A DNA stretch of 12,029 nucleotides from Candidatus Bruticola sp. (GTDB lineage: Bacteria; Vulcanimicrobiota; Xenobia; Xenobiales; Xenobiaceae): positions 1-12,029 of the forward strand of contig JBJEGD010000015.1 in the NCBI GenBank assembly GCA_051874735.1, in the 5' to 3' direction. Both the position numbers and the translations under genes were made by a program. The notes under the pieces are model-generated. The model ran no database searches. It was given only the letters and a program-made list of their open reading frames with translations, and was not told the DNA's origin. Below are positions 6,989 through 12,029 of the stretch, in pieces. The first letter of the stretch is position 1; each line of letters begins with the position of its first letter.

Positions 6989-7321
6989 ATGGGGTCTGTT
7001 AATCCTGATTGTCCCGGCTGCTGGCTGGGACAGGATTATGGCGAGGCGTTAGCTCAAGCTGTAAAGTTGGGGCTAGCTCCCCGCCATGTTGTTGTCACTC
7101 GTCCGCCCTTTAAGGGGCTGGCTCAGGGGCGTTTGCGCCTGTTAGCCGTGCGTCCTTATCCGTCGTTGGCTGCCGATTCTTTCTCCGATGAAAGCTTTTG
7201 GCAAAACTTAAATAGCGAGGCCAATCCTGCTTATTCTGAAAGTTGGAGCGGAGATTGGGAATGGATTTTAGCTTATCCTGTCTTCGAAAGAGCGCCCAGG
7301 GAGCAACGTAAGAAAAATTGA
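6989..7321 (+). CDS. Small hypothetical protein, possibly PASTA-like, between frr and uppS
   Basis: 110-aa ORF that fills the gap exactly: it starts 5 nt after the frr stop and its TGA overlaps the uppS TTG (TTGA 7318-7321). Confidence 0.65.
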   Translation: MGSVNPDCPGCWLGQDYGEALAQAVKLGLAPRHVVVTRPPFKGLAQGRLRLLAVRPYPSLAADSFSDESFWQNLNSEANPAYSESWSGDWEWILAYPVFERAPREQRKKN

Positions 7322-8091
7322 GCACTAGTAAATCAGATAATCAGGCCGATTTAGCGGGAAAGACTGCCGCTGAATTGTACTGCCTCATCGATTTGAATCG
7401 TTTACCCAACCACATAGCTGTTATTATGGACGGTAACAGACGCTGGGCTAAAAAGCGTTTTATGCCGGCTGCGGTCGGCCATAAAGCCGGGGTGGAAGCT
7501 TTTAGGACCGTTATGGAAACCTGCCGCAATTTAGGGGTAAAAGTATTGAGTGCTTACGCCTTTTCTGCTGAAAATTGGCAGCGCTCTCCGGCGGAAGTGG
7601 CTGTACTGATGCAGCTTTTTGAATATTATGCCAAGGCGGAGCGTCAAAAAATGCTCGATACTGGAGTGCGTTTGCGGGTTATAGGCGATAAAAGTGCTCT
7701 TCACCCTTCAGTGTGCCGCGAACTAGAAATATCTGAGCAAGTTACGGCGCACAATACCGATTTAACTTTAAATTTGGCTGTCAATTACGGAGGCCGGGAG
7801 GAAATTGTCCAGGCCGCACGCCGTTTAGCTGAACAGGTCAAGAGCGGCAGTTTGCAGCCTGAGGACATAGATCGAGACCATTTTGCTGCGCAGCTTTATA
7901 CTGCCGACTGTGGTGATCCTGATCTGCTTATCCGCACTAGTGGCGAGTTGCGTTTGAGTAACTTCTTGCTGTGGCAGTCAGCTTATACTGAGTTTTATTT
8001 CAGCGATATATATTGGCCCGATGTCAGCGAAGCCTTTTTGTATAGAGCTATTATTGAATATCAGCGGCGCGGCCGCCGTTACGGTACGTAG
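7318..8091 (+). CDS. uppS: Undecaprenyl diphosphate synthase (cis-prenyltransferase)
   Basis: PNHIAVIMDGNRRWA, YAFSAENWQR, LAVNYGGREEI, DPDLLIRTSGELRLSNFLLWQSAYTE and C-terminal RRYG. Confidence 0.97.
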   Translation: MSTSKSDNQADLAGKTAAELYCLIDLNRLPNHIAVIMDGNRRWAKKRFMPAAVGHKAGVEAFRTVMETCRNLGVKVLSAYAFSAENWQRSPAEVAVLMQLFEYYAKAERQKMLDTGVRLRVIGDKSALHPSVCRELEISEQVTAHNTDLTLNLAVNYGGREEIVQAARRLAEQVKSGSLQPEDIDRDHFAAQLYTADCGDPDLLIRTSGELRLSNFLLWQSAYTEFYFSDIYWPDVSEAFLYRAIIEYQRRGRRYGT

Positions 8092-8166
8092 GGCCCTGTT
8101 TTATTTAGGTTCAAGTTGAATGGGTTGTTTCTGTCTCAGTCGCTAGGCAATTAGAGAGCATAAAAT

Positions 8167-8209
8167 AGGAGCGCGGAAGGGAATAAGACCTTTCGAGCTC
8201 CCTTTTTTT
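8167..8209 (+). terminator. Intrinsic terminator closing the pyrH-frr-uppS unit
   Basis: GGAGCGCGGAAGG pairs with CCTTTCGAGCTCC (one mismatch), followed by a T7 tract. Confidence 0.75.
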
Positions 8210-8288
8210 GCCGCAGTTGTCTTGGGAAGGAGAGCGGACAGCAACAATATAGGGATAAGCGGTTCATTATAGAATCAGCAGCCGATTT

Positions 8289-9605
8289 GTGGAAAGTTAT
8301 ATTTATATGTTTGTTGGCATCTTAATAATTTTAGTCTTTTTTATATTCGCCGCTTTAATGATGAGCCGCAAAGTTCCCGCTTTGTTGGCTCTTCCCGCTA
8401 TGGCTGTAATAGTCGGCCTAATTTCCGGTTCAGTTTATCACTGGCCCGAGGGCAAGATCGGTTTAATTAATTTTATTGGCGATACTATTATTACCCAGGG
8501 AGCGGTGAAATTAGCTCAGGCTATTATGTTTACCGCTTTTGGTTCTATTCTTTCGCAAGTAGTTATGCGCAGTGGTATCGCCGCCCATTTAATTAGCTTG
8601 GCCGCCGAATATGCCGGCAAGCATAAAAGTTGGTTAGCCGCTGCTTTAACTTTGGCCACCGCCGTTTGTTTTACTTCCGTAACTGGCCTGGGGGCGGTGA
8701 TTATGATCGGGTCGCTAGTGTTGCCGATTTTAATAGGCGTTGGCCTATCTGCTGAGCTGGCTGCCGGTCTCATGCTCTTTTCCGTGGCCTTGGGCGGCAT
8801 TTTTAATCCGGCCAATTTGGGTTTTTATCTCGATGTGTTGCAGCTTTCCCAAGAAGTAGTGCAGCGGTATGCTCTAGTTTACGGAGGACTCTTCGCTTTG
8901 ACTACTGCCGTATTTTTGGCAGTGGGACTGCACCGGGAACGGGGCAGCTTTAACTGGGCCGAAGAAGTAGAGCTACCGAAAAATAAGGTTCCAGCTATCG
9001 CTCTGCTTACTCCTGTGTTGCCTATTGTGCTGATCTTCTGTTTGCATGTGCCCATTATTCCAGCTTTTATTGTCGGTATACTTTGGGGAGTGGTAACCGT
9101 AGAACCGCGCCGATGTATCAACAATTTAAGTGCCGCCGTCCTGGAAGGTTTAAAAGATATAGCTCCAGTTTTAGGTCTTTTTATCGGCTTAGGCATGTGT
9201 CTGAACGCTATGATGTCTGAGCCAGCTAAATTAGTTATGGCTCCCATTTTAGAGGCCGTCATTCCGCGCCAGCCCGTCTCTTTTGTGCTTACTTTCTTTA
9301 TTTTGGCTCCTTTAGCTCTTTACCGTGGCCCTTTAAATATGTACGGTTTGGGGGCGGGTATTGCCAGTGTGCTGCTCGGCAGTAAGTTGATGGCTCCAAC
9401 AGCTGTTTTAGCGGCGTTTTTCAGTGTCGGTCAAATTCAGGGTGTTTGCGATCCTACTAATACTCATAACGTATGGTTGGCCCAATTTACTAAAACAGGT
9501 GCGGAAAAGTTATTGAAAAATACGTTGCCTTATGTTTGGGTATTTGTTGGCTTAGCTTTGAGCTGGGCCGCTTTCGGAGCTGGGGCTCTTAATGGGACTC
9601 CTTAG
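8289..9605 (+). CDS. Multi-pass membrane transporter, ion transporter (IT) superfamily-like (CitMHS/GntP/DcuC-type); substrate unknown
   Basis: 438 aa with roughly 11-13 hydrophobic segments. FGSILSQVVMRSGIAAHLI and GAVIMIGSLVLPIL are typical IT-family patterns; GVCDPTNTHNVW near the C-terminus. The start is uncertain: GTG 8289 or ATG 8307. Confidence 0.8.
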   Translation: MESYIYMFVGILIILVFFIFAALMMSRKVPALLALPAMAVIVGLISGSVYHWPEGKIGLINFIGDTIITQGAVKLAQAIMFTAFGSILSQVVMRSGIAAHLISLAAEYAGKHKSWLAAALTLATAVCFTSVTGLGAVIMIGSLVLPILIGVGLSAELAAGLMLFSVALGGIFNPANLGFYLDVLQLSQEVVQRYALVYGGLFALTTAVFLAVGLHRERGSFNWAEEVELPKNKVPAIALLTPVLPIVLIFCLHVPIIPAFIVGILWGVVTVEPRRCINNLSAAVLEGLKDIAPVLGLFIGLGMCLNAMMSEPAKLVMAPILEAVIPRQPVSFVLTFFILAPLALYRGPLNMYGLGAGIASVLLGSKLMAPTAVLAAFFSVGQIQGVCDPTNTHNVWLAQFTKTGAEKLLKNTLPYVWVFVGLALSWAAFGAGALNGTP

Positions 9606-9710
9606 TTTTTTGGGTGGGGGCCGTCAGTATAAAAAAGATGCGCCTCTATTGAGGGGCTGCGATGGCAGTTAGTTTATATTTTTTTGATTCAATTTTAAGA
9701 GGTAAGCAAA

Positions 9711-11897
9711 TTGAGCAAATTTCGTGTTGGTATCGATGTCGGCGGTACTTTTACTCATGCAGTGGCGGTAGATAATGATACGCTGCAAGTGACAGCTCAC
9801 TGTGTCGCTCCCACTACTCACCAGCATGAGCAGGGGGTTGCTGCTGGAATTATTGATTCCTTCCGAGGCTTGTGTGATCAGTTGCCTCAAAATGCAGAAA
9901 TAGTTTTTTTAGCCCACAGCACTACCCAGGCCACTAATGCCTTATTGGAAGGCGACGTCTCCAAAGTAGGTATAATCGCTTTGGGTGGCGGCTTAGAAGG
10001 GGTAAAAGTTAAAAGTGATACTAACATTGGCAGCATAGAGTTAGCTCCCGGAAAGTTTCTGCATACTGGAACGGCGGTGCTCAATCCTAAGGAAACGGAC
10101 TTCGAGCAGCGCTTGGCTGAGCAGCTGCGCTCATTTAAGAGCGACGGAGTGGGAGCTCTGGTAGCAGCTGAAGGTTTTTCTGTCGATGATCCGCAGGGCG
10201 AATTAAAAGTGCTGTCAGCTTGTGCTGAAATTGAAATACCGGCTTGCGCTACCCACCAAATGTCGGGACTGTACGGTTTGAGTGCCCGCACTCAGACGGC
10301 TGTTTTCAACGCCAGTATACTGCCTAAAATGATCTCAACCGCTCTCATGACTAAGGGGGCTTTGGAAAGTCAGCAGGTCAAAGCTCCCTTGATGGTAATG
10401 CGGTCAGACGGCGGAGTTATGGACATCGATGAAGTGCAGCGCCGCCCTGTTTTGACGCTTTTATCTGGTCCAGCAGCCGGTATTGCCGCCTGCCTGATGT
10501 TTCTGAAAGCTTCCGATGCTCTATTTTTAGAGGTAGGCGGCACCAGTACTGATATTTGCATGATTAAAGACGGTCGGGCGGCGCTTAAGTCCGCTTCAAT
10601 AGGCGGGCGCGATACGTATTTGCGCACTTTAGACAGTCGCACTTTAGGTGTAGCTGGAGGCTCCATGATCGGTTGGCGCAACGGACTGCAGATTGGACCG
10701 CGCAGCGCCCATTTAGCTGGCTACACTTACTGCTCTTTTGCTCCTGTCGGGGAAACAGCAAGTCTGCAAGCTAGCGATCTAAAAATAAAGGAAGTTACTC
10801 CGTTAGCCGGTGATCAAGTCTACTTCATAGTGCAGACGCCGACGGGTCGAGAGTACGCGCTTACTTCTACCTGCGCGGCTAATATGCTCGGCTTCATCCC
10901 CGAGGGGAGTTATTCTTTTGGTAATGTACAATTTGTTACGGCAGCTTTTGAGGCTTTAGCTGCTTATCTCGAATTAAAAGGAGAGCGCCCGTCGTCGGAA
11001 GCATCTAATAAGGCCAGAGCGTGGGCTGAATCTGCTCTCAATAAAGCTGCTGATATTATTATTCCCACCCTTAAAAAGCTCATCAGCGATTACAAAATGG
11101 AAAATCGACGTTTAAAACTGATCGGCGGTGGGGGTGGATGCGCGGCGATAGTGCCTTTTACAGCTAAGCGTTTAGGTTTACCTTTTGAATTGGCTAAGCA
11201 GGCTGAGGTGATTTCGGCTATAGGAGCCGCTTTAGCTATGGTTCGCGAGTGTATAGAGCGCACCATTGTAGATCCTACGCCAGACGACTTGCAAAAATTG
11301 CGCCGCCAAGCTGAACAGGCGGTTATTAAAATGGGAGCTGAAGCTGACAGCGTAGAGGTTACCGTTGAAATAGACGCTCAGAAAAATTTGGTGCGGGCTG
11401 TGGCTCAGGGAGCTATAGCTTTCTCTAATAAGAGTTCCCTGCGGGCGGAACAGATCAGTGAAGAGGAGCGGTTAGCTGTACTGAAAACTTCGGGAGTGCC
11501 AGACAGTATTTATAAATTATTAGGCAGCACGGGTTTCAGTTACGTTTACCGCAGCGAGCGGGAACGGCGGGTCTTTTTCGGTTTATTTAAGAAAAAAGAA
11601 AGCATTATTTGGGTTACTGATGCTTTCGGCAGTGCTCGTCTGCAGCGTCCTGGTGCTGTAGTTAAAGAAGGACAAGTAGGTCAGCTGCGCTCTTTTATTG
11701 ATAGCATAATAAAAGAATATACTTCCTATGGCGATGCTGGCGCGCTGTTGCCGGCAGTTCATTTAGTTGCAGGTCACAAATTGTGCAATTTAAGTACTTT
11801 AATAAAGGCTGAACAGATGATTGAGTTGGCTTTAAGTGAGTTAGGCACTCTCTCAGCTGAGGAAAAAGTTTTTGCCATCATTGAACCTGGTGTTTAA
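9711..11897 (+). CDS. Hydantoinase A / 5-oxoprolinase family protein (ASKHA/actin-like ATPase)
   Basis: RVGIDVGGTFT, HSTTQATNALLEG, MRSDGG, TLLSGPAAG, EVGGTSTDI, TLGVAGGS, IGPRSA and VISAIGAALA; TTG start with AGAGGT SD at 9698-9703. Confidence 0.9.
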   Translation: MSKFRVGIDVGGTFTHAVAVDNDTLQVTAHCVAPTTHQHEQGVAAGIIDSFRGLCDQLPQNAEIVFLAHSTTQATNALLEGDVSKVGIIALGGGLEGVKVKSDTNIGSIELAPGKFLHTGTAVLNPKETDFEQRLAEQLRSFKSDGVGALVAAEGFSVDDPQGELKVLSACAEIEIPACATHQMSGLYGLSARTQTAVFNASILPKMISTALMTKGALESQQVKAPLMVMRSDGGVMDIDEVQRRPVLTLLSGPAAGIAACLMFLKASDALFLEVGGTSTDICMIKDGRAALKSASIGGRDTYLRTLDSRTLGVAGGSMIGWRNGLQIGPRSAHLAGYTYCSFAPVGETASLQASDLKIKEVTPLAGDQVYFIVQTPTGREYALTSTCAANMLGFIPEGSYSFGNVQFVTAAFEALAAYLELKGERPSSEASNKARAWAESALNKAADIIIPTLKKLISDYKMENRRLKLIGGGGGCAAIVPFTAKRLGLPFELAKQAEVISAIGAALAMVRECIERTIVDPTPDDLQKLRRQAEQAVIKMGAEADSVEVTVEIDAQKNLVRAVAQGAIAFSNKSSLRAEQISEEERLAVLKTSGVPDSIYKLLGSTGFSYVYRSERERRVFFGLFKKKESIIWVTDAFGSARLQRPGAVVKEGQVGQLRSFIDSIIKEYTSYGDAGALLPAVHLVAGHKLCNLSTLIKAEQMIELALSELGTLSAEEKVFAIIEPGV

Positions 11898-12029
11898 TGG
11901 AATATTCCCTTTCTAGTCTAGATCTGGCCCCCTATTTGGCTGTATTTTATGGTCGACCTTACGCTGCTGAGGAGCTCAAACTGGCTGAACTGGCAGCGTC
12001 GCTCTGCCTCCAGTTGGTTGACAAAGAGC
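11897..12029 (+). CDS. Partial hypothetical protein (5' end only)
   Basis: The ATG overlaps the preceding TAA (TAATG 11895-11899). The frame stays open to the window edge: MEYSLSSLDLAPYLAVFYGRPYAAEELKLAELAASLCLQLVDKE. Confidence 0.55.
   Translation, partial: MEYSLSSLDLAPYLAVFYGRPYAAEELKLAELAASLCLQLVDKE

Noticed and set aside
9606-9710. Possible hairpin or riboswitch between the transporter and the HyuA-like gene (GCCGTC/GATGGC, CCTC/GAGG)
   Set aside because: Stems are short, and there is no recognisable aptamer consensus or clean U-tract.
693-10681. Other short minus-strand and alternate-frame ORFs in the track
   Set aside because: All overlap well-supported + strand genes largely or entirely and lack recognisable motifs.
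1-12029. CRISPR array, tRNA/rRNA, IS element or prophage
   Set aside because: No spaced direct repeats, cloverleaf signatures, transposase/integrase motifs or terminal inverted repeats were seen.

Overview
A bacterial core-genome window with every supported gene on the + strand. The order is a secreted hypothetical protein, hslU, rpsB, tsf, pyrH, frr, a small hypothetical ORF and uppS, followed by a terminator. After the terminator come a multi-pass IT-superfamily-like transporter, a hydantoinase A/oxoprolinase-family protein and a partial ORF running off the right edge. There is no sign of a mobile element, CRISPR array, rRNA or tRNA. The unusual points are mostly modifications of housekeeping genes. 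HslU has an in-frame N-terminal extension of about 200 aa and no adjacent hslV or codY. uS2 has an insertion of about 16 aa and a long acidic tail. The rpsB leader is an enlarged S2-autoregulatory-type structure. EF-Ts is the short Thermus-like form and keeps the C-terminal Cys. A translationally coupled small ORF lies between frr and uppS, and cdsA/dxr/rseP are replaced by an uncharacterised transporter plus stand-alone HyuA-like module. No database searches were run; family calls rest on recognised motifs.
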